Shown here piece after piece: positions 1-13,300 of a DNA stretch of 64,000 nucleotides. The DNA comes from Amoebophrya sp. A120 (taxonomy: Eukaryota > Protista > Dinoflagellata): the NCBI GenBank assembly GCA_905178155.1, contig CAJINV010000002.1, forward strand, positions 11,472,591 through 11,536,590. The letters run 5' to 3'. The first letter of the stretch is position 1; every line of letters starts with the position of its first letter. The notes under the pieces are model-generated. The model was not told the DNA's origin, made no database searches, and saw only the letters and a list, made by a program, of their open reading frames with translations. The position numbers were made by a program, and so were the translations under genes.

Positions 1-107
1 TGCGAAAGAAGCAAGTTTTCTGCAGAGAAGCGCCACTACTTGCGACGTCACCTTCTTTACAACAACTCGAAGTCTCACAACTTCAAACCCCCCTCTGAGA
101 CTGAGTC

Positions 108-3100
108 TTATTTCGCTTTCGCCGCACACGAATCACTCTCGACAGAAATCGGCAGTACCTTCACGGACGCGCTCCCCTTGAACGGCGGCAAACTGTCTTG
201 CGGCGGCGGTGCTATTTCGGGCAGTCCACCCTGCCGCACCTTGTCAATGACTGCTTGGAAGAGTTTGCCGCCCTTTTCCGTGCGCAGCGTGTTCTTGTCG
301 AACATTTGGCGGAAGCTGCGCTCGTCGTCGTCGTTGGCGCCGCCAGGTGGCGGTCCCTTTCCGCGCGTCGAGCCTGGATTTTGCAGGTTGATCGTCCCCT
401 ATCCTGAGTAAAAACATCCCCACACCAGAGTCAAGATGGGGATTTTGCAACACAAACCTAGAACTTTTGGGGGTCACGCATCACAAGCTGCAGTCCGTAG
501 TGTAGTGCAGGTTCGCAAGGCCAGCTGCATCAGAAATCCATCTGCTCATCCTGTTTACAGCATTACAAATTCCAAAACACGACTAAAAATGCCTCTCCTG
601 GAGATGCGCATTACAAATGTTCCTGTCATTGCAAATCTGCATGACAACTCTGGGGTGGGTACATTTTTGCTCAGGATATCCCCGAAGACGTGTTCTGTGG
701 GTCGAACGTGCCCGTGCTGCCGAAATCCTGGTCGATCATGGAGGTTGACAAATGACTGGCGGACTGCGAATGCGAGGCTTTTATCCGGTGCTTGTGCGTC
801 GTTAGCGTCGCGGCCGCTGCAGCAGCGCCACCCGCTGCGGACGACGTGGTCGTGCCACTAGCGTGGGACGTCGTGGTCGTGGTGGAGTTGTTCACTTGAT
901 CTGTATTCGCCCGCTGCAGCTGGTGCGGGGCCGCGTTGAAGGAGGTCGAGAGTGAGTTTTTTAACTTCGGATTGTTGCGCGTACTCCGTCTCTGGGGGAA
1001 GCTGGTGTTGGTCGTACCCTGGCTCGACGACGTTGCGGAGCTGTGGTCTAGGGGATTCGTCTCCTTTGACGGGGTAACGCCGTTGTGGTCGCCTTCGAAA
1101 AGCATCGTAGACTCCTGCTCCAGACCCCCAGAACTGGTAGCGCCGACTGCTTGTCGTGTTTTGTTTTTTTTTTCCTTGCAGCTTGATGTTCTTGCTAGGA
1201 GGTATTGACAGCAGGAAAGAGCTTCTACTGAGAACCAGATGGATCATTCCTCAACAGTCACTCCAGGATGATGAAGTGGATGAAAAGATTCTATCCTTTA
1301 CCTTGTTCTGTATCACTGTTGATGGACTCTTCCCGATTCTTCCGCAAAGATTCTCGCGTTTTTATCTTTTGTTTGATGTGCTCTGGCATTACGCCCACCG
1401 CCGGCGTATTGTTATTTGTCGTCGAGTTCGAAGCAGCAGCGCCACCACTTGCCGCCCCGGTTCCGCCACCACCGCTCGCACCTGCCCCGGGCTTTTTTGC
1501 GCCGAACCTCCGCACAGTCCCCGTGGAAGACGAGCTTCCCCCTGTTTGCTCGCTCCGTCTTTTGTTTCCGCTCGTAGCTGTAGCTGCAGGAACCGCAGGC
1601 TTGGGATTCGGGTTTGGCGCTCCGAACACCAATGGGTCCTCGGACTGGTGCGTGTTGTTGCCGCCTCGCAACATTCCAAGCCACGCCTGTTCTGTCTCGG
1701 CGTCTTGGTCTCGCTCGCGCTGAAAATCAAAAAAAATGTCAGAAAATTTCATGATTACAAAAGTTGCAAGTGCAACCTTCTACAGACGCATAGCGAAAGC
1801 ACATCGCGCAAATCCATGTGCAACCATATGTACTTCAGCTTTACCTGAAGCGAAGTCGCTGGATCTACTGCAGTGGTGGTGGTTCCTAACTGCGCGCTCG
1901 TCGAAGGTAGTGGCTCCTCGTCGATTGTGTAAGCGGGAAAGTTTTTTGGCGGCGAGGGCCGGCTCCGCTGCTCAAGTCGTCTTGACGAGCTGCTGGTGGG
2001 CCGGGCGACGACATCTTCAAGCTGTACGTGCGAGCCTGAATGACCGACGCCAGGGGGAGAGTCCAGAGTGTAGGACCTGGTGTCAGTAGTTTCAGGTCCG
2101 ACAGACTCCATCCGGCGCAGAAGACAGATACTATGAATATGATAAGATGTAAACACAAAATATATATAATCTTGTGAGAAAAAAAAACAACTTCCACATA
2201 TACGTGGTACTAGCCACCGAGCGTTGCACCGGTGCGTCTTCGACGTGATCCAGTCCCCCGGCCCGATTAAACTTGCGAGGTGGCGGTAAGTGGGCGGCGG
2301 CAGGCGCTGGTTGAGGGGAGGTGCTGATTCCTGAATTCCCCGTAAGTTCCGCGCCTGCGCCTTCAAGGTCGTAGTCCGCTTCCGCCGAACGCGCATACCG
2401 GTAGTTCTGATGCTCATACCTGGAATTAGAAAAGAATGACAAGAATGCCCAATAAATGAGACTGTGACTCAAAAGGATCAGTTTGCTAGGATAACGAACA
2501 CAAAGCACAAGAAGTCAACTGACTTAAGTATATTTTGCGGTAGCGCTTGCGCTGCCAGCAGAACAAAATTTATTCAACACCAATCTTCATTTTCATCCTC
2601 TTGTTGTATACCTATACGTCGTACCTGTTCAAATATTTCCGATCGAAGACCGGCTCGCCCCCATTGCTTGGCGTGGGGCTCCCCACAATATTCGACGTCG
2701 ATGACGAGGAGGCATGATTTGTGTAATGGTAGTGTTCCTGTGCGTGGTTTGCGTTTGCCGCGTAGCTACTGGAGGAGCTGCTTGAGGCGGTGTAGTTCCC
2801 GGGAAGGTATGGATTCGCGGCCCCAGAGCCGTGGTAAGATTGCGCGTGCTCCACGCCTATCAAATGCAAAAATGTCTGGGTCTGGAAGATTCTGAGACTT
2901 GTGATGCACGTTTTGCATGAGCCGTGATGTCTGTGATGCATGCCCCAGCATCACAGATGTTTTAAGGGCATCTTGATGCCTATTCCGCATAACAAATGCC
3001 CTCACCGCGTAGCAAAAAAAAAAAACCCTTTGCTGCTCAAGCAATACAGATTTTTTTGGAATCCGAATGCAGCATCACAAGTTGCATTCTTCCAGACCCA

Positions 3101-3736
3101 GACATTTTTACATTTGATAACGCCAGCGGAGGCTGAGGAAGAAACAGCTCCCGGCCCAATACTCGAGGATATCAAATGTAAAAGTGTCTGGGTCTGGAAG
3201 ATTGCAACTTGTCATGCTAAATCTGCAGCATGCAAAAATCTGTGTTGCACGATTGCCAAAAGTCGTCCAGTTTTGACCAATTCGGGATGGAGTTTCTCAT
3301 GCAGGATAGGCATGAGAAAGGTCTCGCAGAATCTGTCATGCTAGGTCCTGCATTCCAGACCTCATGGGTCATGGAAAAGCAGCATGACAAATCGCGCATT
3401 CTTCCAGACCCAGACATTTTTGCATTTGATAGAGGACGAGGATGAGCTACTGCTGGTGCCGGTGGTTCCGCCGCCCGAGGTGGTTTGGTAGCCAATCTGG
3501 CCCGTTGCAATCAATCGCGTCCGATTCTGTTGCCGGATCTCTTCCCCTTTCTGAATGCGCTCTTTCCGCTGTTCGGCCCATGCGCTCGGATTAAAGCGAT
3601 TCGACTTTTGCCGTGTCATGGTCGGCTGCTGGGACGAAGACGCCGCACCGCCGGCCTCGCCACCCGTGGCTGGGGCTCCACCGTTGCCGAGCGGAGCAGG
3701 CTGCTCCCCTGCGGACTTCGTCGAACCAACCGGCAT
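108..3736 (-). CDS. Multi-exon gene, ~751 aa low-complexity (Ser/Gly/Thr-rich) protein of unknown function, interrupted by three introners and four GT-AG introns
   Basis: ATG at 3736 (MPVGSTKS), stop at 108. Proposed introns: element+TSD 3170-3436, 2858-3124 and 400-683; GT-AG introns 2420-2624, 2131-2203, 1720-1844 and 1150-1301. The remainder is 2256 nt (752 codons) and links ORFs 3362..3736, 2612..2941, 2131..2508, 1755..2417, 1291..1752, 671..1105 and 108..305 in frame. Confidence 0.75.
400..678. mobile_element. Introner E1: 279-bp TIR element, TSD TCCCC
   Basis: Left end TATCCTGAGTAAAAACATCCCCACACCAGAG matches the reverse complement of the right end, TATCCTGAGCAAAAATGTACCCACCCCAGAG (~50-bp imperfect TIR). 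TCCCC at 395-399 and 679-683. Excision gives ...NTSSG-TINLQNPG... in frame with MFDKNTLR. Confidence 0.9.
2858..3119. mobile_element. Introner E2 (family A): 262-bp TIR element, TSD ACGCC
   Basis: TIR TATCAAATGYAAAAATGTCTGGGTCTGGAAGA. ACGCC at 2853-2857 and 3120-3124. Excision gives ...SASAG-VEHAQ in frame. Confidence 0.93.
3170..3431. mobile_element. Introner E3 (family A, opposite orientation to E2): 262 bp, TSD GAGGA
   Basis: Same TIR as E2. The interior aligns to the reverse complement of E2. GAGGA at 3165-3169 and 3432-3436. Excision gives ...SSSS-SIGPGAV in frame. Confidence 0.93.
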
Positions 3737-5361
3737 CTATTCTTGGGATCGTCGTCGCGCTGCTCTCCTCCGAGAGCCCACAGCAGAAAGTGCTGATGGG
3801 AGAAATGTCCCAGAGGGGCATCCAGAGTGGGGTGGTACACGGAGACTCGTATCGGTCGGCCCAGGAATGCGATTGCGAATGCACTTCTTGTGCGGTCTTG
3901 GATAGCGGTGTCGATGGTGAAATTTTGGTTTCAATACGTAACCTGGCAGTATGTCCTGCTTTCGGTTTCAGGAGCTGCTTCGAGGTATTATATTTTCAAA
4001 AATTCCGTATACGGCTTCACACATCAGTCGCCCTGGAGTTATTTACACTTACAGTAAGAGGACTACGGTGTTGGCGAACCACAGTTGGAAATCATCAAAG
4101 CAGCATGCGCAATGTGCAGCGCAGTTCAAAAAAATTGTGCTTGTGGCTCTGTAGGTACGTATATGTGCACTGAAGAAGATTGTGTCTCGCTCGGAACTTC
4201 TACAGCTGCAGCGGTAGCTGCACGGACGTCGTAGTGGCACAGGCTGCCGATGGCGCGGAATAAGTAAGTAGTTGTAGTAGAGAACACCAAAACGCACGAA
4301 CACATTACTTAGCATTACACAGCAAACAAACCAGAGACCTATTATTTGAACCACAAGAGTCGAAAGAGCAGCACCTTCAGCAAGGTATGAAAACGTCACT
4401 GAAAAAACCCGCTTTGCCATATTTTCGTCTCTCTCTAGCTCCACTTTTTGAGCTTGCATGCCTGATTCGCGCAATACGATGAATGCTTGGGCACTGTGTG
4501 TCGTGTGTGATGAAGCAAGCAGCTTCAACGGTAGAACCAACCTCCCATGCAAAACGAAGAGCATCGTACGGCACGCCTATTCGTCCTGAATTTCACCAGG
4601 AAAAAACGCTTCCAGAGTCGCTTCCGAGTCAGGCGGCCCCAATGCCAGTGCATCATGTGAAGAACGCGATGGAATTTCTTCATTTCCGAAAACAAGAGGA
4701 ACAACTGTGGAAACGCAGACTGGTATGCGTATGGTCTCCAAAGAATCATCATCGAGGAAATAACACATCTATTTCCGTTTGCGCTGAAATCATGGAGTCA
4801 ATCCGTTGGCGTAGACATTTTGTACGATCCAAGAACGGATCCACTGTGAGTTATCGGGAGTCGACATTGGTTCGGGTCGAAATAACCTTGTTTTCGCTCA
4901 TAAATTTGATTGATAGAAGAAGTTATGGTACAATCTATCTTCGCTCACCTTGGTACAGTCAAACAACATGTAATCATTTCATTCATAGCCATAGGTGTTT
5001 TTGTTATATGCGCGTCTAGTGTTCGCTTCCGCACGTGCGCATGCCAAGCCGAGAAGGTGGCCACTTACCATCGACTTAGTCTTAGATACATGAGGAACGA
5101 ATCAACGAACTAAAAAGCGAAATAAACATAAAGCAGAAATCAAACAACGCAAACTGCCCAGTCAGATCTTCACTACAAAAGATTTATTTTTTGTTTTTGT
5201 TCATTGCGTCGATCCTTAACTAGTGAATCTGAATGCAGCAGCTGCGCAAGAAAATAAGAGTCGAGCCCACGCAGGTACCACAAGGTAGTGATGTGGCACC
5301 TTCGCACTGGATGAAAACTAGTTGTAGGGCTCGGGGTAGGGTTGTTTATTTCCACCTTCAA

Positions 5362-8300
5362 CTAGCTAGCAAACAGGTCCAGAAAATCATGGTCGAGACT
5401 GGTATGGAACGGCAACCTGCGATTCGAAGAAGACGATTGAGGTCGGGGCTTCGTGCACACTATCGTTGGCACATTGTCGACGTCGACGTCTTCAACCTGC
5501 ATGGCCAAGCTCCCCTTGCTCTCCTGGTTTGTTCAGATATCACTCTCATATTGGTTTTCGTCATATCATCATGGATGGAAAGGAAACTTTCTTAGGCACG
5601 TAGAAAGTAAAACCATTTCAAAGGACGTCGAAAGAAACTACTACTTAACTTTACTTGCATCAGGATCAGACTGGCATTCGAGATACCCTGTTCACATGCC
5701 GGCTCAGTCCTGCGGAGCTGCTTTGGGGTCGTTGCTTGCTTTTCGTCGGCACTTCTCCGGTGCAATCACCCAACCCCGACGCCGCATTGTCGGCGGCAGC
5801 GGAGGTATTTGCCGTTCCAGGCTGTCGCTGCAGCCAGCCGGTGGTTGTCGCGGCAGCCCACTGGTTCTTCTTGGATTCGCCGAGAAACGTCTCTTCCTCA
5901 CCCAAACCGAGCGCGGAGGGCATGGGCTTAGGGGGCTTCTCGAAATCCGATGCAATGTCACTAGTTTCGAGCTCATTTTCGTCCTCAACCGCCTGGGCCC
6001 AGCGACAAGTCGTGCGAAGCGCCGCCTGTTATTTTGTGTCAATTGGAAACACGTGCCTAGGTAGTAGCGACAGCACTTGCACTGTCAAAGAGAAAAAGAT
6101 GAAAGGAAATAAATAGAAAAAAAAACGCGTCGGCACGAAACAAAACTTGTTGTGGCTAGTTGTGGACGATACCGCTGAGTCGCTTCTTTGGATGGTTTTT
6201 GAACTTGGCAAATCAATTGTTTCTTCCACTGAGCAGTCCTGGAACTCGAACTCCAGATGCAACGCCTGTGGTGGCTCCTTGTGCCTACTGGGGGGTCGTT
6301 TTCCGAGTCTGTTGCCGACTGCGAACCCGGGTCGATTACTCGTAGCGTCGTCAGGCTGGTGCTTGTTGCTCGTCACGGCGCCCCCAAGTCCCTGCGCGGC
6401 CGAGGCGGACGGATCCTTCTTGCGCGAAGGGGGGCGCTTCATCCGCTTGCCGCCGACCTCGTTGTTCTCCGCCGCAGCAATTCCATGGGCAGTTTTGGCA
6501 TTCTGGTACCTGGCAGAAAAAATTAGTAGTTGCGCTGTGAGTTCTGTGTTCTGCACGCCTCACAGTGTAAAGAAGAAATACAGTGCCTGTAGTACTATTT
6601 CTTCAATAAACATTAACAACAACACGTAAGTAAGTGACAATAAACAGCAACAACACGCACAAACAAGCGATACAGATGCAGCATAATCGTAATCGTGAAT
6701 GCCGGTAGACACAGCAATCTATGATTTTTGTGTAATGATAATACGATAGATCCGTGCTTTCAATGCTTTGAATGACATCCGCATCGTCCGGCCCTGTCGG
6801 TAGCAACCCATCTTGGTCGATGCCACGGTTCCTGGAGCCTTTTCGGCTCTCCGGGCGCTCCTCCCTGCGGTAGTAGCGCTCTCGAAATGCCGCTTCGATC
6901 ATTGCAACGCGGTCGATCTGTTCCCCGCCTGCTGCACTGCCGCTGTGATGCAGACCCGCTGCGCCCGCGTGCCCGCCGTGGGAGGAGGTTGGCCGACTCA
7001 AAGTGCCCGCACTGGTACTGGCCTGTGCTCCAAAAGCAGTTTCCTCGGCCCCAATGTCCATCAGACCGAAACCGGCACTTCCCCGTTCCGGCCGCGCTGA
7101 GGACCCGCGCGAGGGCGGCCGCTGGGCGTCGCGGTCGCCCATTTTTGGCGCACTGCGTGGTCTGCCACCCCCGGTCTTCGGCGCACTCCTCGGCCGTTCT
7201 GCTTGGGAAGCGGAAGACGGCCCGCCGTTTGTGTAATAATTCTGCGTGGTTGGGTCCTGGATGAAGACGCGCTCCATCTCTTCGAAATTCTGCTCGACGG
7301 GCGAGCTCGTGGTGTAGGGGTCGTGCGTGAAATTATGCTCCGCTGTGCTGGACGCCGTGGATTTGCTTGCCGTGTCAGCTTCGACCGCAATTTGAAAACC
7401 GGTGCCAGCGGACGAACTGGATGTGGTGTTGCAGGAGGAGGAATTGTTCTTGTTCTCCACCGAAACTGACTCCCCGACCGTTGTAGAGGAAGACGACGCG
7501 GAAGCAGTTCCACCAGCTGAAGGGAAAACTTCCGTGGGATTCAGTGTCTCTTTGAAGAAATTCTCACTGCTCTTGTTCTTCCGGTGCCCCGCAGAATGCT
7601 TCCTGCTCGAACCCGACGACGTGGCACCTGCGGCTCCGGGCATCTGTCCACCTTGGCCGCTCGAAGAAGAACTGTAGTTGGCCGCCGAAACCGAAGAACC
7701 AGAACCCGCATTTTGATGATGAAGATGTCCCCCTCTGTGGTCCATCCCAGTTGAGGATTTACTTCCGTGTGCACCAGCCGACTCTTTGCTGCTGTAGAAT
7801 GCCATGGTCGGGTCGGCAGATGAGGAGCTGGAAGAAGAGAATTGCGATGGTGCGGTTCCGATCGGCCGCTGCTGCAGGAGACTCGTGTCAGGGGAGCCTA
7901 GTGTGGTACCGGAACAAGGTCCACCTCCTTGGGGGGTGGGTTGAGCATTGGCAGACTTCTCCAGTGGACTTGTTTTCTGGCTGCTTGGATGCGCCGCGTG
8001 GCCCAATGACGAGCCCCCCACCCCAGTGGTCGTCTGCTGATTCGACAGTGGCGAGCTTTGGCTTTGCTTGCTGCCGCTCGACCCAACTACACCTCCATAC
8101 CGCTTCGAGGTCGGGAGCCCGGTTGAGGATGACGATGTTGAGCTGTTGTAGCCAGCACCGGAAGTCGATGTAAGCTTCGATGAGCTCCCTGAGGTGGAAG
8201 ACATGCTGGATGTATTTCCAACCTGTCCAGCACTTGCTCCCTGGTCTTGCTGCTTTCCGCTAGTCCTTGCATTTGAGTTTGACACTGCACCTCCTACTTT

Positions 8301-9455
8301 GTTGCAGCTCATGAATCTGCTGCTGCTCCCTACCCCGCTGCTTGATGACGATGATCCTGCTGAATTCTGCTGGCCGCCCTGGCTACCGCTTGCTCCGGTG
8401 TAGTTATTTGCTTGTTTCGCGGCGTGCAGAGGCTGTCTGTAGGGTTCGTAGCGAAGCGCGTTGCTAATATTACCATTTGAAGCGCCGACGGAAAGTCCAC
8501 TCCCGGGTGCAGCTCCACCTGACGAGTTACTATTGTATCCCGCGGCGCTTGTGCTCGATGCTTGCGCTGCGGCACCTCCACCTGCACCTCCGCCGTGCTG
8601 CTTCATGAGCACGTCCCCCGTCTCGTTGACTTGCAGTGCCTTGGAGAACTCATGCCTGCGGCTGCGGTTCCGCTCCGCCGAGTTTGGGTGCGGGGCAGTG
8701 CCGGGAACCAGGCTCAGCAGGTCGGCGTCGTAGGCTGAGGCAAGAGAGGACAAAGCGGAGCTCGCTGCGTTGCCCGGGCGGAGCCCGTTGTTCTTGGATT
8801 TGTTGAACAGCATGTTGTTCGCAGGCGCACCCGGACCTCCACTGCCTGCTGTTTTTATCGAACTGTTCGTGTTGTAGAGTTCCTTGTTGCCAATAAACAC
8901 GTCCTCGGTACTGCTGTTGTCATTTTCCTCGTCGTCCGAGCCCCCTCCGTTGCGGTCGTCCGAGGGCGGTGAGAACTCTCCCGCGAGCGCCTGCGGCCCC
9001 GCCATCCGCGGACCACGACTTGCCGTGTTTCGCGTCCGAAAGCTCTGCGCGGAGCCGCCGTGATACAACCCGTTACCTGCGGAGTTGAGTCTACTGCTCA
9101 CAAAAGAGGAGCTGGTCGCAGAGGGGTTGTCGAGGTTGTCGAAATTCACGCCCTCGCCAAAGTGGGATCTTCGCTTTCCGTGCCGGCTGCTGATCTGCTC
9201 GTGGCGCTCCCACTGGCTGCTGACGTTCCCGCTCCCGTACCCGTAGCTGGAGTTGCTGTTCGGGGTGGGTTTACGGCTCCCGCCCAATTGGCTCCCCCGA
9301 ACACCAGTGTAGGTACTGTATACCCGAGAAGTGGCGCCATTGGTGGACCGAGAGATTCCGGTTGTTCCGCTTGAGTCTGGTGAGGAAGGGTGGTTTCTTT
9401 GATTTTCATCATTTGTTTCATCGCTTGCGACACGCGAAGTCATTATGTATAACAA
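5362..9455 (-). CDS. Multi-exon gene, >1100 aa Ser/Gly-rich disordered protein with repeated RPxS motifs, function unknown
   Basis: 950-aa ORF 6603..9455, then exon-like ORFs 6029..6556 (RPPSR repeats) and ~5690-6020, and a last exon ending ...FHTSLDHDFLDLFAS* at 5362. Intron ends are only partly resolved. Confidence 0.65.
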
Positions 9456-10301
9456 TGGACGAACTCATGATCATGGTTGCGCGTTCCAGAGTCATCATCA
9501 TGAGTTGTTTGAGTACATCTACATTTTCCTTTTTCATTTTCAGAACTGAACACATTATTTTCGAATACAGGCTGACTCGCCTTGATCTTGGGAATTGCGC
9601 CGTCGGTTCTGCTGCGGTGTCCCCAGACCCCAGCCTTGCCGCTGCTGTTGCCGTCCGAGCGCACTGCTCTGGTAGCCCGCACCACGGTTCCGCGAATTAT
9701 GCATTTTTTGATGTTGAATTGTATTAGCAAGCAAAAGAGGCACGGATCACGTCGATTGATGCTCGGCTTTCATCTGACAACTTTCAACTTGCTCCTGCAT
9801 CCTACTTCCTGGTGGAAAAACTAGTTGAAGAAACACAAACATTAACATCCATTTTGGTTCCGGTGCAGCAAGACAGCCAACATCGACGGTCACGAACACG
9901 ACTCCGTTCCCCGAATGCGACTGCGAAATAGAAATTATTTGCAAGACATCAATATCTTCTGTAGGATTGATCATAAATAAACATTCCGGTTGATTTTGGT
10001 AAAACGGCTCCGGGTCGACCTCCTCTCCTGCACGACCACCCTAAACTCTCGACCAAGCATGCTCGATGTTGTCGTTGTGATGTAGCTCTTTGCAGCATAA
10101 ACAACGACTTCTGACGACGAATTTCAACGACATGATTTGGTTTGTTGAACCCTTTCGAACAATATTCTTATGCCACCGTGCTTTCGTTGTATGTTCTCCT
10201 GAAGGTTTAGAGACAACGACCGGGCACAGAAAAATCCTTCGTCGTAGTATCTTCAATTCAAGTTGAAGGTGAAACAGAAACGATACTTATCAAAACAGCG
10301 C

Positions 10302-13300
10302 TCAGGTGTCATTGTTCTTCTTGGACAAGCTTTGTGGTGACTTCAAGTTTTTGCGTCGCGCTCTGCTACTAGCCACGCTAGTTGGTGTTGAATCACCTGC
10401 GTCATTTCTACCGCCCCGACGATCTTGCAGCAGCGCCGTAGTCAATCCGGCCGTCACCCCACGCAAGTCGCGCAACGACGCCAAACCTTGTTTGTCCGGT
10501 GACGTTGGGTCGTGCGCTGTCATTGCAGGAAAGCGCTTATCATTGTTGGCTACTGCAGCATCGGGACGATCTTGATGTTGGTGTGCTGGTTGCAGAGCGT
10601 TCTTTTTTGTCTTGCTTGTTTCTTTGTTCTTCCGCGCCTTCTTCAATTCTGCCGCGTAGTCTCCGTACGGCCACCACAAATCGGTGCTTAACTCGGCTTT
10701 GCGCTCTCTGATCCAGGCGAGCAAGGCAAAAAACTCGCCTGCGTGTGCGACCTGATCTTTTTCTGTCCCCTGCGGCCTCGATGAACCTTTCTGCGCTGTG
10801 TCTGCTCTCGATGTCTGCTTCGTCGTCTTTTCTATCTTCTGAAAAAAGTGCGACTCGCTGATCTTTTTGTCCAACGGGTGTGTCTTCTTTTCTTTTGCTT
10901 CTCCGCTCAGAGCACCGGCAGCAGCTGTCAAACTAGTAGTATTCAGTTGGCCCACCGCATACGCTACTGCTACTTGATGCAGCAGAGAAAATTCATGCAG
11001 AAGCGAAAATTCGACGCTGCTCTTCAGATCATTTTCGTTTTCATCGATTTTGTCCACCTCGAGCAAAAACAGCTTCAAACACGTAACGTATTCCTTCACG
11101 TCCCGCCACGTTTGTAACTTGTCAAAAACCGCAGCATCCTTTCCGTCTGGGAAAGCGCTTTTTCGCCCTTTATTCTTCCTCTTCAAAGCCGCAAGAAACT
11201 CTCCGGGTACTGGTGCGTCAACAGTGCGCAAAACGTCCTCCTGCGCGACGAAGGCCGCGGATATTTTCGCGACGAGGCTGTCGTCCCGTACCTGCGCCCT
11301 GGATAAAACTTCCAGACAGGTAAAGTACTTTGCCAGGGACTCCAGATTGTTTGCGAAGTTGCCTTTGAAGGCAGTGGCGGTTGATGCTGCACTTTCACCC
11401 GAGCTGTCGAAGTACCGACCCCACCAAACGTCAGTTTCGTGCCCGGCGTGGGGTCGCTCCAGGGGACTTCCTCGCTTCTGCGGACGCACTGCTTGCACGC
11501 CGAGATCGGCATCCGTCTCCTCGTCGGTCGTTGTTGCCTTATTTTCACTTTCGCTACCGTGTTCTTGATCTTTTCTACGCAACACCAGCAAGCCGGCAAG
11601 ATGCTCTGCTTCTTGCTGCGGAATGTCCGGGTGAAACTTCGCCAGCACCGCGGTAGCTTCCCTCGTTTTCTTTTTGATATCGATTTCAATTCTTGCTATG
11701 GAGAAGTCAACCGCTTCGTCCTGTAGTGACCTCGTCGTGTCTACTTCGTTATCTTTATTTTTATTTCCCTTCTTGCTACCGTCTTTCGGTTTGTCCTCGT
11801 CGTCTTTGGTGACATGCTTCTCCCTTTCAGGCGAAGTAAGCTGGCGTGTCTTCTTTTCTCGTTTCCCCTTCAGAAACCCTACTAATTTCTCCGTGTGCTC
11901 TATGTGATTCTGCGTCGCCTGTTTCTTCTTTTCCGAGTGCTCCTCGGAAAGGACGAGGAGGTCGGCCGCATCTGCCTTTGGTTCAGCCTTGGCGAGCGTG
12001 CTGCTCATCCGCACAGCTCCTTGCGAAGGGTAGTCCGCGTAATCCACTCCGACGGTGTAACGAGTCGCACTGGAAGATACCGGAAGCGAAGTTTGATTTC
12101 CAGCAAACGCGGAAGCTATGCTGCTAAAGCGCTGCTCCTGAGCTTGTGGCTCTAGCTGTAATCCCCCACCTATTTTTCCGTCGTTGTCAGGATAAGTCGA
12201 AGATAGCGCAGAATTTTTTGACGCAGCGCCGGAGGAGGTGTAAATCAACCCGAATTGTTCTTCTTCGGATGTTGTCGCGTTCAACTGCCGTTGTAGCAAC
12301 TGCTTTTCTTGCTTCTTCAACATCTGTTTGCTTTTTCTCTTCTCCGAAATCTCGGCCTCTTCCGGGGGGTACGACTTAAACGGCGAGGAAGCACTGTACA
12401 GGTCGTCCCGATCCACCTTCCACGTCAGGTCGATGCTCTCTTTTTTATTCCGCAGCGATGCATTCTGCATGTCCTTCTCCACGGTACTGTAGTGACTTGC
12501 TTTTCTGCTCCGCTGAGCGCACCGGCACGCCGGGCAGCAGTGATCACACAGCAAATTGTTCGGACAGCAACACAGCACCAGGACGAGCAAGAGAATCAGC
12601 AGAGGCAAGATGTAGAGCAAGGGCAAGAGCAAAAACCACAGGCTCACAGTCTCCGGACAGCCACTGTCCTCGTAAACAAACCCTTCTCGCTGCTCCAGAA
12701 GCGCGCAGAGGTACATTTCGCACGGGGTCAACCGGTGGTAGCCGCTGTAAGGGGTTTTCGTGGCGTCATCTGCGTTGTCCGCAGTCACGAACCAGGCTAG
12801 AAGTCCGCTTTGTCCACCAAACAGGTTCTGGTTTTCCTCCTTCACAAGCGCGAACTTCATCTGCGCTTCCCGCGCTTCCTCGGTGAAGCTGTACGGCAGT
12901 AACGGCACGGGTTTCCCGTCAACTTCGTGCTTCAGGCACCACTGCGCTGGCTCTTCGCGGATGCAGGACAGGGTTAGGGATTGCAGGTCGTTAACGACAT
13001 TCGGTTCGCACCCGACATGGTCGACGAAGTTCCCCCGCTGTTCCAGTTTCGCCCAGTAGCTCATAACGTACTCGTAGTCTTGCAACCGGTCGGGCGTGTC
13101 GTGGCAGACTGCAGTGCAATATCGCGCACAACATTCGGAGTCCATTTCCTCTGAAGCCGAGCCGTCGTCTAGAGCACGGCTATTTTCCGGCCCCAGAGAA
13201 AAAAAAGCTTGCATCGGGTGCGACGAACGCAGCGGATCGTCTTCGGCGTGATGCTGCTCATCTTCCTGGTCAAGAAAAGAAACAGGTCTCTCCTCCTCCT

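Noticed and set aside
2766-3510. Small ORFs sharing peptides such as FQTQTFLHL and LPDPDIFAFD (also at 24297-24900)
   Set aside because: They are translations of the introner TIRs, not a protein family, and no transposase motif is present.
3737-3934. In-frame ORF ending in TAG immediately before the ATG at 3736 (possible readthrough)
   Set aside because: Short, no recognisable similarity, compatible with an ordinary 5' UTR.
9849-9860. CCATTTTGGTTC resembling a dinoflagellate spliced-leader relic
   Set aside because: Short, mismatched and on the strand opposite to the genes.
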